Positions 38,679-49,178 are shown, counted from the first letter of the stretch. The stretch is 64,000 nucleotides of DNA from a virus (IMGVR_UViG_3300044959_000237:32001-96000); one strand, 5' to 3'. A program made the numbers and translations. The notes: generated from the sequence alone by a model not told the origin.

Positions 38679-38882
38679 TCAAAAAATCGAATGATTTTTT
38701 CAATTGCAATGATTTTTTTCGGTTTTTGTTTTCGATTCAGAATCAGAAAAAACGGAACTCGATTCTTCATTGTATTGTAATTTTCCCATGAAATGAAATC
38801 CTTTTACTTTTTATTTATTGACAGTAAATTTCATATTCGTTTGCAAATTTGCAAAAATATGACAAGTCGAAAAAAAAAGAAT

Positions 38883-39707
38883 TCAAGATTTCGGTATCGT
38901 AATGTATTTTACACCATTCATGGCAACTCGATTTTTGCCGGAAATTTTCGTAATAATCAAATTATCATCCAGAAATGGCTCTAAACAAACAAAAATTATG
39001 AATTCTTCGGTGAATCTCAAAAGTTCGTAATTCAATAGTGGTAAATCGTTGATCAACGATGTTGGTGTTTCGTTGTTTCTACACCATCTTGGATGAGTTA
39101 CTTTGAATTTTTCATTCTTTTCTTCTATGAAAGGTTGAAAAATTTTCAGAATTCCACTTTTTCCATTAGGATGTTCGGAAGCATTTCTTCTCATTATTAT
39201 TTCTGAAAATGTATCTTCATGTTTTTGTATCAAATCATAACGAAAATCACTTTTACCAAATTTTTTGTACATCCATTTTCTTATTGGAGATATACCATCT
39301 TTTGCTTTGGAAAAAGCACTTCCATCAGTAAAATTTTCATTCCAGACAGAATTGAAACAATACAATAAAAGATCACGTAAAATATTTTTGAAAGTATACA
39401 AATAAAGATTGACATCTTTACGAAGACCCAGAATGCTGGGAAAATAATTGCTCTTGTTGTTCATCCAGATATTCAGGGAAGAAAAATATTCATCATTGAT
39501 TTTTTCTTGTATATCCCAGAGAACTTCGAAATTCATCAATCCTTCGAGAAAACAGAAAGTCAGAATACTGTTCTTGCTTTCCTTGTCGATTTTGTTGCAA
39601 TTATTCAGAATGTTCAAATTCTGAACGGCAATTCTCGAAAATACAGGATGATTGACAGTCAATTTTGTGTATTTTTGATCAAGATTGATTGTTTCGAACA
39701 AATTCAT
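38883..39707 (-). CDS. hypothetical protein
   Basis: 274-aa ORF overlapping the tilS 3' end. Confidence 0.65.
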   Translation of the reverse strand: MNLFETINLDQKYTKLTVNHPVFSRIAVQNLNILNNCNKIDKESKNSILTFCFLEGLMNFEVLWDIQEKINDEYFSSLNIWMNNKSNYFPSILGLRKDVNLYLYTFKNILRDLLLYCFNSVWNENFTDGSAFSKAKDGISPIRKWMYKKFGKSDFRYDLIQKHEDTFSEIIMRRNASEHPNGKSGILKIFQPFIEEKNEKFKVTHPRWCRNNETPTSLINDLPLLNYELLRFTEEFIIFVCLEPFLDDNLIITKISGKNRVAMNGVKYITIPKS

Positions 39708-40587
39708 CGAAACTGAACTTTCCTCTTCTATTGTAAATTCTGTCGATAAAAATCATATCTTTTTTCGCGATTCTGTAATTTCTTTTTTTACACAGAAAAA
39801 CAACCATGTTTTTGAATCGAATCGAACTGATACCATTGTCAATCAATTCTTTTGTTTCGATAATATTGTCTTCTTTGAAATATTTAATCAAATCCTCCTT
39901 TGCAAGTTCTTCGGCCAGCTCATTGAGTTCATCGATACTTTTCAAAGCATGAACAATTTTCTTGTTGAAACAAGGAAATCTGGTGTTTGCCTTTTTGATG
40001 AAAAATCTGAACCAATTTCTATCATATTTTTCAATGTCGTAATTGCTCGGATCTTCAATATAAGACAAATTGTTTTCCTTACAATAGGAAAGAATCTGTT
40101 CTTTCGTTGCTTTCAGAACAGGATGATAAATTTCGAGAATTTTTCCATTATCGGTTTCGATCACACTTTTGTTTTTGATTTTGTAATTTTCTGGTTTTCT
40201 GGATCTCAACAAAGAAATGAAAAAGTTCTCTACATTGTCATTCATATGATGAGCAAGAACAATATGATCGGAAATCGATGCAAAAAAGTTCATTCGAAAT
40301 TTTCTTGCCTCGAATTCCAAATTTTTGGAAATTTTTCTGTCAATTCGACATGAAATGAAATTCACTTGAAAAGATTCCGCATATTTTTTACAAATTTGTT
40401 CCCATTCATTGGATCGGGAATTGATTCCATGATTTACATGAACTGCAACCAAATTATTCAAATGAAGTTTGAATTTCATGAAATGAAGCAGACAGACACT
40501 ATCGCTTCCTCCAGAAAAACCAACATGAATTTTTTCTTTCTTTTTCAATTCTCTCAAAACTTCGGTGTCGAACAATTTCCTACGCAT
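39679..40587 (-). CDS. tilS: tRNA(Ile)-lysidine synthetase (compact form)
   Basis: PP-loop SGGSDS, VHVNHG, EFEARKFR, AHHMNDNVE, DPSN, RNWFR. Confidence 0.88.
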   Translation of the reverse strand: MRRKLFDTEVLRELKKKEKIHVGFSGGSDSVCLLHFMKFKLHLNNLVAVHVNHGINSRSNEWEQICKKYAESFQVNFISCRIDRKISKNLEFEARKFRMNFFASISDHIVLAHHMNDNVENFFISLLRSRKPENYKIKNKSVIETDNGKILEIYHPVLKATKEQILSYCKENNLSYIEDPSNYDIEKYDRNWFRFFIKKANTRFPCFNKKIVHALKSIDELNELAEELAKEDLIKYFKEDNIIETKELIDNGISSIRFKNMVVFLCKKRNYRIAKKDMIFIDRIYNRRGKFSFDEFVRNNQS

Positions 40588-40642
40588 ACTATCTATCCTT
40601 CTCCCGGAAAAAGATAGTATGCGTAGTATGAAAATTTGTCAA
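40580..40642 (-). promoter_or_regulatory. sigma70 promoter overlapping a 15-bp inverted repeat that includes the tilS start codon
   Basis: TTGACA(40642-40637)-17-TACTAT(40619-40614); arms 40580-40594 and 40612-40626. Confidence 0.75.
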
Positions 40643-40680
40643 GCGTTGTCACAATGTTTTTCTACTTTTCGAATTTTTTT

Positions 40681-41547
40681 TCAGATTCGAAGATTTATTG
40701 GCATTCGAAAATTCACTTCTTCGCTGTTTTTTCCTTCTTTTTCGAACCATTCGTTCGCTATTTCGACAAATTTGTTCAGGCACAAACAATCCCACAAATA
40801 TGGATATTGTTCCCTGTTTCTGTATTTTTCATCGATCATGGAAAATATAGGTCCAAGTCCCAAAGTATAATGATATGCAATTGGATGTATTCTGTTTTCA
40901 TCATGTTCGTCGACAACTACCGGAGCATTTGTTTCCTTGTGATATCGAACCAGATCATCGTAATCATAACCATTTTCCTTGTCCAACCAATTGAATGTAA
41001 GTGGCAATTCACCAATTTCACTATCATCCAACCACGAAAATCGATGGAACCACGCTCCATTTCTATCAGGATTGTTCATGGTTGTCGGATTCAAGATTCT
41101 CAAAGATGGATGAGAATTGTTGTAAAGTATGCACGAAGACCAGTTTTTTCTGGGATAGATATGTTGTTTCTGACCATCCATTTTCATTTCCAATGGTCGG
41201 GGTGTATAATCATGTTTGCAGACCATGACTGCTTTTGTCGAATCGGCATAATCCATGATTTTGGTTACATCATCCATGAAAAGAAAATCGCAATCTACAA
41301 AAAGAGACCATCCTTCGTAATTCGACAAATAAGGAACCCAAAATCTGGTAAAAGTGAATTCGGTAGAACCCTGAGTATCTATCGGTCTTCGATAAATTCC
41401 CAATTCTCGCATTTCCTTTTGTTTCAACGGATAAACTTCGACGTTGTCGAATTTGTTTTTTCTCAAAATGGAATATTTTGCTACTTCATAAGCTAAAGAT
41501 TCTCTTCGATCATACCCTATGTATACTGTGAGTTTTTTGTTTTTCAT
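40681..41547 (-). CDS. GT-A fold glycosyltransferase (GT8-related)
   Basis: YIGYD.RE, STEFTFTRF, DCD (DxD), YPRKNWSS, HYT.G; SD AAGGAG before ATG 41547. Confidence 0.85.
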   Translation of the reverse strand: MKNKKLTVYIGYDRRESLAYEVAKYSILRKNKFDNVEVYPLKQKEMRELGIYRRPIDTQGSTEFTFTRFWVPYLSNYEGWSLFVDCDFLFMDDVTKIMDYADSTKAVMVCKHDYTPRPLEMKMDGQKQHIYPRKNWSSCILYNNSHPSLRILNPTTMNNPDRNGAWFHRFSWLDDSEIGELPLTFNWLDKENGYDYDDLVRYHKETNAPVVVDEHDENRIHPIAYHYTLGLGPIFSMIDEKYRNREQYPYLWDCLCLNKFVEIANEWFEKEGKNSEEVNFRMPINLRI

Positions 41548-41609
41548 TTTTTTCTCCTTTGTAAACACTTTGTAAACACTTCGCATTTTAAATTCTGTTT
41601 TTCTTTTTA

Positions 41610-42326
41610 TCAAGAAAATTTGAATGGATTACTCAAAAATATTTTATCGTTCATGGAATATTTTATCGAACAGTGAATATGTCCGTTTATGAATTTTCTG
41701 GCAGAGGAATATTTCAAAATATGCGAATTGTCACTTGTTGAAAAAGCATTTTGTGGATTGTTGAAATCGATAATTTTCAAATAAGGTTCTTTTATCAAGG
41801 GAAAATGTGTAGCTACAACATGACACTCTTCATTTACAATTTTTTCTATGCACTTTTCATGATAATTTTTCATCCATGAAGGTGTAATCAATTTTCCATT
41901 ATCATAAACTCTCTTGAATTCTCTTCTTGTTTTCTTCAAATAATCGAAATTGGTGAATTTTGTTGCTGTCCAGTTCAGAAAAGCAATTGAACCGTAAATT
42001 TTACAATTTTTGATTTTTACAATTTCATTTTCCAAAAAAAGAACTTTGTCGTTGAATTCTTTTTCGAGAGTTTTTGTCAAAATATTGAAATCCTTGTTCA
42101 ATATATCATGATTTCCCAAAATGAATATGACTTGTCTTTTTGCAATTTTTTTTATCGTATCGAAAAAGTTCATCAAATCGTCCGTTGTTCCGACAAAATA
42201 ATCTCCACAAAATATCGTGATATCGGCATCTTTCAGAAGAATTTCTTTCAAGATTTCTTTGAACAACAAAATTTCTCTTTTTGTCGATTTATCGAGATGA
42301 ATATCACTTATGAATCTTATTATCAT
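41610..42326 (-). CDS. calcineurin-like metallophosphoesterase
   Basis: SDIH, CGD, GNHD, THF, GHIH. Confidence 0.88.
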   Translation of the reverse strand: MIIRFISDIHLDKSTKREILLFKEILKEILLKDADITIFCGDYFVGTTDDLMNFFDTIKKIAKRQVIFILGNHDILNKDFNILTKTLEKEFNDKVLFLENEIVKIKNCKIYGSIAFLNWTATKFTNFDYLKKTRREFKRVYDNGKLITPSWMKNYHEKCIEKIVNEECHVVATHFPLIKEPYLKIIDFNNPQNAFSTSDNSHILKYSSARKFINGHIHCSIKYSMNDKIFLSNPFKFS

Positions 42327-42424
42327 GATATTTTACCATCGGAAAAATTCGAAAAAAAGAATCGACATTCTTTTTCGAAAGATTGTCGTAAAAATCGAAT
42401 TGCATGTTTTTCTTCACTTTTTCT

Positions 42425-45043
42425 TCACGAGATATTCGACAAAATTTTCGAATCGTTGTTCTTTCTGTATTTAGCTTGTAATTTCGAAGAATTTTGTAAA
42501 TGTGTGCGTATTATTTCATAAATATGAAATCTTTTATCGAAAATTCCAATATTGTAGATTTGATGTTTCGGGTTGTCATGTCTCAACAAGACATTGATAG
42601 TATCGTAAATTTTTATCGTCGATGGCAAAAATTCCATTAAAATTTCATCGATTTCCTTTTTTATTTCTTCAGTAATTCGATTGTACGACAATTTACTTTC
42701 TTTCAAAAATTTTTTGTAAAAATTATCATTGATTTTGCATATTTCGAAAGTGTAACCTCTATTGTAGAAAATGGAAGGAAACAATGTTGTTGTTACAATA
42801 TTGAAAAGCTTGTAATATGGTACATCGATATAAGAATTCAATGCATACAGAACTGTCAGTGTTTTTTCCAGACACAATCTGAAATTTTCGGTTTTGTAAG
42901 GAACATGTTTTCCGTTCAAAATAGAATAAAGCAATTCATTTTCCAATAAAATCAAAAGACAGAGAACATCCAGGGGAAAAGAAAATATTGTGTTCACACA
43001 AAACAGTTTCCCTTCGATTTCTATAATTTTACTGTAAAAAAGTTTTTCTTCGTTCAAATCGAAAAAACATGAAATATCGTCGATTTTTTTCTTGTAATTT
43101 TTGTATTTCTCATATAGTTTCCAATGTTTTTTCAAAATTTCATTTTTATCGAAATTGAATTCTCTCGACAATAAAGATACAATCGTAACGGAATCATGAA
43201 ATTTGAAAAATGAATAACGTTCTTTATCGAAATTTTTCACGATGATTTTTTCCAATCCATTTTTCTCTAAATCATCTTTTACAAAACTTTCATTTTTATC
43301 GAGAAAATATTTTTGAATCGATTTTCTGTATTTTTCCATCTTTTCTTTCAAGTTTGCATCGATATCGATTTTTGTTTTTGAAACAAAAGATATCAAATTG
43401 TGAAAACTTTCTTCTACCTTTTTTTTCAATTCTTCGAATTTTTCATTGGTTTTCGAAAAATTACAAAAATTTTCATCATGAAAAATTTCGTTCATATAGA
43501 GTTTTTTATTTGTCAGATTTTTCAAAAATTCATTTCTTCCTATTTTATCCAATCCGTATAAACCATCGTTTACAAAATTGAAACGAAAGACATGACTCGT
43601 TCTTCTCATTGTGGAAATGAAAATTGTATGAATATCTTCGTACTTGGAAAAATTCAGATTGTTGCTCGTATCGATGCTGTAACCATCGTATGCAAATTTG
43701 ATAAATCTTGTAATTTTATTGAAATCTTCGGGAACATCACTTGTTTTGATTCTTTCCAGAAACTCTTTTTCCTCTTCCGTAACATTTTCGAAAATTCCGG
43801 TATTTTTTACAATTTTCAAACGATTGCTTTCTTCACAATTTTTGTGAAGAAAAAAAACATCGAAATCATATCCTATTTTGGATATATCGTCTGAAAATTT
43901 TTCCATTGTCAAACAATTGTATATTCGATTGTCGATTTCGAAAGATGGAAAATAAATGTCTTTACTGATCGAACAGGCATTTTTGTCGTAAATATCCGAA
44001 ATAAAGCAGCTTTCCAACAACTTCAGAATTACGAAATCCAATAACAAGATCACATTGATGGATTTGATATTTCTGTCATTGAAATTGAACTTGAACGAAA
44101 ACAAACTCGAATGATAGTTGTAATTTTCTTTGTAAATATCGAAAGGAAGATCGTCGATTTTTTCCAACAAAGAATACAAAACAAGAAGTTTTTTTATTCT
44201 ATCTTCTTCATATCTGTTTTTTGTATTGATATTATTGATTTTTTCGATAATTTTTTGCAATTTTTCATTGTCGACCATGGCAGATTCGAGATCGAAGTTT
44301 CTGAAAATATTGAACAAATAATTCATTTTTCTGATGAATTTTTCTTTTTCCTCTTTTTTTCCTTTTTCTTTTTTCTCTTCGAAATCCGGTTTGTCGATTG
44401 TTTTTTCGCTTTTCGACGAAATTGAAATTTCACTGTAACTTATCTTTTCTTCAAGAAGTTTATTGTAATTTTCAATGAATTTTTCGGTCAAGGAACAACT
44501 GTTCTCGTTTTCTTCAATTTTCTTTGCAATTTTTTTCAATGAATTTATTACGAAAAATTCGAAAGGCAACGTCATCTCGACAATATAAGCATCATCGATA
44601 AGGTCGAAAGTTTCGATGATTTCGAAAATTTCGACCAAATTGATGTTTTCATTTGTGTTATTTTCAATGAAATATTCTTTCAAAATTTTATTTGTTTCCT
44701 TGTAACAATGAATTGTCTTCGACAATCTTTTTTTCATGTAATCCATGAATTTTTTGTTTCTGTCGCTCGCAAACAGCAAAAAAATCAAAAAATCGAAAAA
44801 GTTCATTTCGAGATTGTTGTAAACGAGATTTTCGACATTGAAAAATATATCTACATCAGTAGTATCGAGAAAATCACAATTCAAAATATTTCTCAAAAAT
44901 CCTCCGGCTAATAATGAATTTTTTTTCAATTCGAAAACATCGATGACAGTTTTGATATTTTTCAGATCTTCAATATAACTTTTTTCGATATGATATTTTT
45001 TCAAAAAATCTTCTTTGGTCAAAACCTCGTATTTTCGAAACAT
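42425..45043 (-). CDS. large protein with N-terminal CCA-adding/poly(A)-polymerase-like nucleotidyltransferase motif
   Basis: LLAGGFLRNIL...DVDIFF; later RFIKFAYDGY. Confidence 0.6.
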   Translation of the reverse strand: MFRKYEVLTKEDFLKKYHIEKSYIEDLKNIKTVIDVFELKKNSLLAGGFLRNILNCDFLDTTDVDIFFNVENLVYNNLEMNFFDFLIFLLFASDRNKKFMDYMKKRLSKTIHCYKETNKILKEYFIENNTNENINLVEIFEIIETFDLIDDAYIVEMTLPFEFFVINSLKKIAKKIEENENSCSLTEKFIENYNKLLEEKISYSEISISSKSEKTIDKPDFEEKKEKGKKEEKEKFIRKMNYLFNIFRNFDLESAMVDNEKLQKIIEKINNINTKNRYEEDRIKKLLVLYSLLEKIDDLPFDIYKENYNYHSSLFSFKFNFNDRNIKSINVILLLDFVILKLLESCFISDIYDKNACSISKDIYFPSFEIDNRIYNCLTMEKFSDDISKIGYDFDVFFLHKNCEESNRLKIVKNTGIFENVTEEEKEFLERIKTSDVPEDFNKITRFIKFAYDGYSIDTSNNLNFSKYEDIHTIFISTMRRTSHVFRFNFVNDGLYGLDKIGRNEFLKNLTNKKLYMNEIFHDENFCNFSKTNEKFEELKKKVEESFHNLISFVSKTKIDIDANLKEKMEKYRKSIQKYFLDKNESFVKDDLEKNGLEKIIVKNFDKERYSFFKFHDSVTIVSLLSREFNFDKNEILKKHWKLYEKYKNYKKKIDDISCFFDLNEEKLFYSKIIEIEGKLFCVNTIFSFPLDVLCLLILLENELLYSILNGKHVPYKTENFRLCLEKTLTVLYALNSYIDVPYYKLFNIVTTTLFPSIFYNRGYTFEICKINDNFYKKFLKESKLSYNRITEEIKKEIDEILMEFLPSTIKIYDTINVLLRHDNPKHQIYNIGIFDKRFHIYEIIRTHLQNSSKLQAKYRKNNDSKILSNIS

Positions 45044-45119
45044 AATTTCAATTCCTCGAACGTTCCTGTTTTTTCGGATAAATAATAACGCAACAAGAGA
45101 GGAAGTTCAATACAAAAAA

Positions 45120-45935
45120 ATGGAAATACACCTGAGCGATTTGAAAAATTTCCACGAAGTAAAAAAATTCGATGCTTGTATTGTAAAAAGTTTGGGTATT
45201 GGAAAATTCTTCTTCTATGATTTGAAAAATCCGTCATTCTATCATGAAATAACTTCGAACGAAAAATCTTTGGAAAGTGAAAACAATCTGATTCCGGTAA
45301 ATGTTCAGAATCCTGATTCTCCGGTTTATTTTTTCTTCATGAAAAGAAATGAAAATTTCACTTATGGATATTACGAGGGAAATGAACACTCCCAGAACAT
45401 AATTCACAATCTTGGAAAAGATCCTTCTTTTATCATGATAAAACCTGTAACATACAGAAGTGATGTTATTACATGGTTCAATGGATTATGGTACGACAAT
45501 TATATGATTTTGAATGGTTTCGATACCATGAGACAATCGAATTCCATATGGAGAGAAAGTTTTCCAAACAAAATTTCTTTTCTTATTGGAAGAAACGATC
45601 TTGTGAACAAAAATAATGAAAAATATTTGTATCTTGTATTTGCCGATGGAAAACATTTTTCTTGCAAAAAATATGTCGGTAATGGCAAAAACACGATTTT
45701 GGAGAAGGAGAACTGGAAACTTGCATTGATTCGCAATATTTCTTCTGTTGCAAACTGGATATTGATAGTCAATGATGACAATCGAAACAATCTTTTTCGT
45801 TTCAATTTACCAAATCCATACAGTGGAATAAAAAATTCCACATTTGAAAAAAGCCGGGATACATTGATAATAAAAAGTGACGCTCATTCTCTCAACAAAG
45901 AAAATCATCAATATTATTGCTTCATGTTTTCGTAA
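45120..45935 (+). CDS. probable virion-associated beta-rich protein
   Basis: Repeated Y.GN.. units, IHNLGKDPSFIMIK, C-terminal LN.ENHQYYCFMF; ATAAATA at 45078-45084. Confidence 0.5.
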   Translation: MEIHLSDLKNFHEVKKFDACIVKSLGIGKFFFYDLKNPSFYHEITSNEKSLESENNLIPVNVQNPDSPVYFFFMKRNENFTYGYYEGNEHSQNIIHNLGKDPSFIMIKPVTYRSDVITWFNGLWYDNYMILNGFDTMRQSNSIWRESFPNKISFLIGRNDLVNKNNEKYLYLVFADGKHFSCKKYVGNGKNTILEKENWKLALIRNISSVANWILIVNDDNRNNLFRFNLPNPYSGIKNSTFEKSRDTLIIKSDAHSLNKENHQYYCFMFS

Positions 45936-45950
45936 AATCAACTTGGATAT

Positions 45951-48900
45951 CTATGCAAACAATTCAGGAAAATAATTTTCGATGTTTTTCTGTCTGACAA
46001 TTCCATAACCCCTTACTTTCTCGATTCTGTCCATGTCTTTGTTCAACTCTTCCAAATTCAACTTTCCTATCAGATTCTTGTCCAAAATATCAAGAGCATA
46101 ATTTCGATATCTTTTATCGAGATCGTGTGTCGAATCCATGAATTCTGCAATTCCTGTCATGAAGTCGAAACCGGAAATCATTTTGAACAAAGGATAAACT
46201 ATCAGTCCATTGATGAATGTCTTGAGTTCCTTTTTTCTGTTCCAAGGAAGCATTATGCCTATTTTCACATTCGAAAGCACTCGAATTTTGTCCATCAGAT
46301 TCATGTTTTTCTCGAAAAGTGTGTTTTCTATGTAATTTATCCACAATTTGGATACTTCTTTCTCGTTCTTGACATAGAGAAGATCGAAATAAGACTTCAA
46401 AATTCTTCTTTTTATTTTATTTTCATGATTTTCATTTTCGAATTTCATTTTTTCGAGTATATTGTAAATTTCCTGCAATTTTTTTCTTTCTTTCGAATTC
46501 AATTTATCGATGTAAAGCTCGTAAAGATCTGAAATGGTCATTTCTTTTTCTTCGAAATCGAATGAATTTTTTCTCAAAAATTTGCCAAGTTTCAGTATTT
46601 CGATGTTTTTTTCAGCTTCGTTTCGGGAAAAATTGACTTTTATGCTTTTTATTACACTTTCCTCACTGAGAGGAAGATCTTCCAATGAAGAACCAAGCAA
46701 CAGAATGTTCAAAAAAGATTTTATTTCGTATTTTTTGGCAAATTTCATGAAATCGAAAGAAAATCCATTTTTCTTTCGTTTTATGTACTGTCTCATTTCA
46801 TCGATCATCTGTTCGACATTTTTTCCATGAACAATTTCTGGCATATTGTAGTAACCAAGATTTACCACAAATTTCTTTATGTCATTTTCGAAAAATTTAC
46901 CATAAGAACAGTAAAGATCACATCCAATGACAAGATCGTAAACCGAATCGGAAACACAGGAATTTGTTTCTTTGTTGAAAATCGAGATTCTGCCGGTAAC
47001 TTCTCCGAATCTTTGTGCCAACCCGGTTTGATCCATGGCTTTCACTTTGAATCCATCGAAAACGGCTGCATCACAGATGATTTTCGTCAGAGTACTGATA
47101 CCAGTTCCGCCAATACCAACTGTCAATATGTCGAAAGGTTTATCGATGTCATTTTTGTTTTTGATTGACAAATTATCTTCAATTTTTGGAAGCTCGATTC
47201 GTGATTTTCGATTGTTGTTTTCAATTATGGCAAAACTCGGGCAATGTCCTTCCAGACAACTGGTGTCCAAGTTACAGGAACTTTCATCGATTTTTCTTTT
47301 ATTTCCAAAAGGAGTATTTTCGACTTCTATGGCCAGACAATTGGATTTTCTGGAACAATCACCACAAGCATCACATATTTCGGAATTTATCATCACGGAA
47401 AAGTTTTCTTTTTTCAAAAGACCTCTTTTTTGTTTTCTTCTTTTTTCCGTAGCACACATCTGATCATATATTATTACCGAAACACCATCGATTTCTTTGG
47501 CTTTTTTCATTGCTTCATTCATTTTTTCCTTTGGAAGAATTTCAACTTCCGACGGAAAATTTGCCCAATTGTTTTCTCGAAAATAGTGACTTACCAAATA
47601 TATTTTTTCGACTTTTTCTGCCAGAAGCTGTTTTGTCAAATTCAACAAAGACAATTCACCATCCAATGGTTGTCCTCCCGTCATTGCAACGGCTTGATTG
47701 TACAATATTTTGTAAGTGATTTTTGTTCTGGCTGCTACGGCGGCTCTTATGGCAAGTATTCCGCTATGAAAATAGGTACCATCTCCCAAATTTACAAAAA
47801 TATGATCTCTTTTTGAAAATTTGGACGCAGATATCCAATTTACTCCTTCTGCTCCCATCGGACATACGGTTATTGTCGGCCTGTCCGGCATGAAATTGGC
47901 AAGATAATGACAACCTATTCCCAAAACAGCCATATCACCATTCAAAAGTTTTGTTCCGGTATTATGAGGACAACCGCCACAATAATAAGGGGTTCTTTTG
48001 ATCTGTTTCGAAATTTCCGATATTTGTTCGACATTTTCGATAATGTTCGAATTTTTTTCGAATGATGAATCTCTCAGATATTTTTTTATATCTCTGGTTT
48101 TCATATCCATCAAGGGAGAAACCAGATTCTTTCCGAAAATTCGAATTCTGATGAAATTTTCATTCAGAAATTTGTGTAAAAACAGCTCGAAAACTCCGCT
48201 TTTTTCTTCCAAAATCAATATTTCTTCTTTGTTTTTCAGAAATTCTTCCAATTTTTTCTTTTCCAACGGCCAAATACAACCAATTTTCAGCAGATCGAAA
48301 TTCATTTTACTCGAATCGTAATTGTAAATTTTCATCAAATTGTGAAAAACTTTTCCTACGACAATAACTCCTTTTCTGTTGTTTTCATTTTTTATTATTG
48401 TGTTTATTTCATTGCATTCCAAATATTTTTGCATTGCATGAATTTTCTGCTCGTGAATTCTTTTTTCTTGCTCCGGACCACTGTCTGGCCAACGTATCGA
48501 AACATCGAAGATTTCTCTTGGAACAAAGGGACGAAAAGATTTCAATTTTTCGAAATTTACCGTTTCATAAGCATCTGCCAGATCACTCACGATTTTCAAT
48601 GCGATCCAAGATCCTGAATAACGACTCAATTCGACTGCGTGAATTAGAAATTCTGATATTTCCTCTACACATGAAGGTGCCAGAACAGGAACATACCAAG
48701 ATACCAGCGTCAAAGTAGTTTCATGTGGCATTGTACTGCTTTTACAATTATGATCGTCACCACATAAAAGAACAACACCACCTTTAGGTGAACTTCCGGC
48801 AAAATTGAAATGATGAATATGATCGCCGGATCTGTCGACACCCGGACCTTTTCCATACCATATTCCTACAACTCCATCAGCATATTCTTCTTTTGCAGGA

Positions 48901-49178
48901 CCGAACAATTTGTAATTTTGTGTGCCGGCGATTACGGCGCAAGCCAGTTCTTCATTCAATCCGGCATGAAAATATATCTTGTTTTCATTGAGAATTTTTT
49001 CTTTGAATTTTATTTCCTTGTCAAGTGAACTCAAAGGACTGCCTCGATATCCACAAAACAATGTGGCGGTTTTGTAATTTTTCTCTTCATCCAATTTTCT
49101 TTGTAACAAAGAACCGAGTATGATCGATTGCAGTCCTGTCAAATTTTTTTCTTTATCATCGAACCAAAAAAAATTCAT
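45951..49178 (-). CDS. indolepyruvate:ferredoxin oxidoreductase, fused alpha/beta form
   Basis: GYRGSPL, NEELA, WYGKGPGVDRSGD, GDDH.CKSST, YCGGCPHN, GIGCH, TPP motif GDGTYFHSG..NQAVAMTGGQ, ferredoxin CDACGDC...C, GIGGTG, GLAQ, VRGYG; ATG 49178 after SD AAGGA. Confidence 0.93.
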   Translation of the reverse strand: MNFFWFDDKEKNLTGLQSIILGSLLQRKLDEEKNYKTATLFCGYRGSPLSSLDKEIKFKEKILNENKIYFHAGLNEELACAVIAGTQNYKLFGPAKEEYADGVVGIWYGKGPGVDRSGDHIHHFNFAGSSPKGGVVLLCGDDHNCKSSTMPHETTLTLVSWYVPVLAPSCVEEISEFLIHAVELSRYSGSWIALKIVSDLADAYETVNFEKLKSFRPFVPREIFDVSIRWPDSGPEQEKRIHEQKIHAMQKYLECNEINTIIKNENNRKGVIVVGKVFHNLMKIYNYDSSKMNFDLLKIGCIWPLEKKKLEEFLKNKEEILILEEKSGVFELFLHKFLNENFIRIRIFGKNLVSPLMDMKTRDIKKYLRDSSFEKNSNIIENVEQISEISKQIKRTPYYCGGCPHNTGTKLLNGDMAVLGIGCHYLANFMPDRPTITVCPMGAEGVNWISASKFSKRDHIFVNLGDGTYFHSGILAIRAAVAARTKITYKILYNQAVAMTGGQPLDGELSLLNLTKQLLAEKVEKIYLVSHYFRENNWANFPSEVEILPKEKMNEAMKKAKEIDGVSVIIYDQMCATEKRRKQKRGLLKKENFSVMINSEICDACGDCSRKSNCLAIEVENTPFGNKRKIDESSCNLDTSCLEGHCPSFAIIENNNRKSRIELPKIEDNLSIKNKNDIDKPFDILTVGIGGTGISTLTKIICDAAVFDGFKVKAMDQTGLAQRFGEVTGRISIFNKETNSCVSDSVYDLVIGCDLYCSYGKFFENDIKKFVVNLGYYNMPEIVHGKNVEQMIDEMRQYIKRKKNGFSFDFMKFAKKYEIKSFLNILLLGSSLEDLPLSEESVIKSIKVNFSRNEAEKNIEILKLGKFLRKNSFDFEEKEMTISDLYELYIDKLNSKERKKLQEIYNILEKMKFENENHENKIKRRILKSYFDLLYVKNEKEVSKLWINYIENTLFEKNMNLMDKIRVLSNVKIGIMLPWNRKKELKTFINGLIVYPLFKMISGFDFMTGIAEFMDSTHDLDKRYRNYALDILDKNLIGKLNLEELNKDMDRIEKVRGYGIVRQKNIENYFPELFA

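Noticed and set aside
38818-38846. TTGACA in the 38679-38882 intergenic region as a plus-strand promoter
   Set aside because: No acceptable -10 box at 16-18 nt and no plus-strand gene downstream
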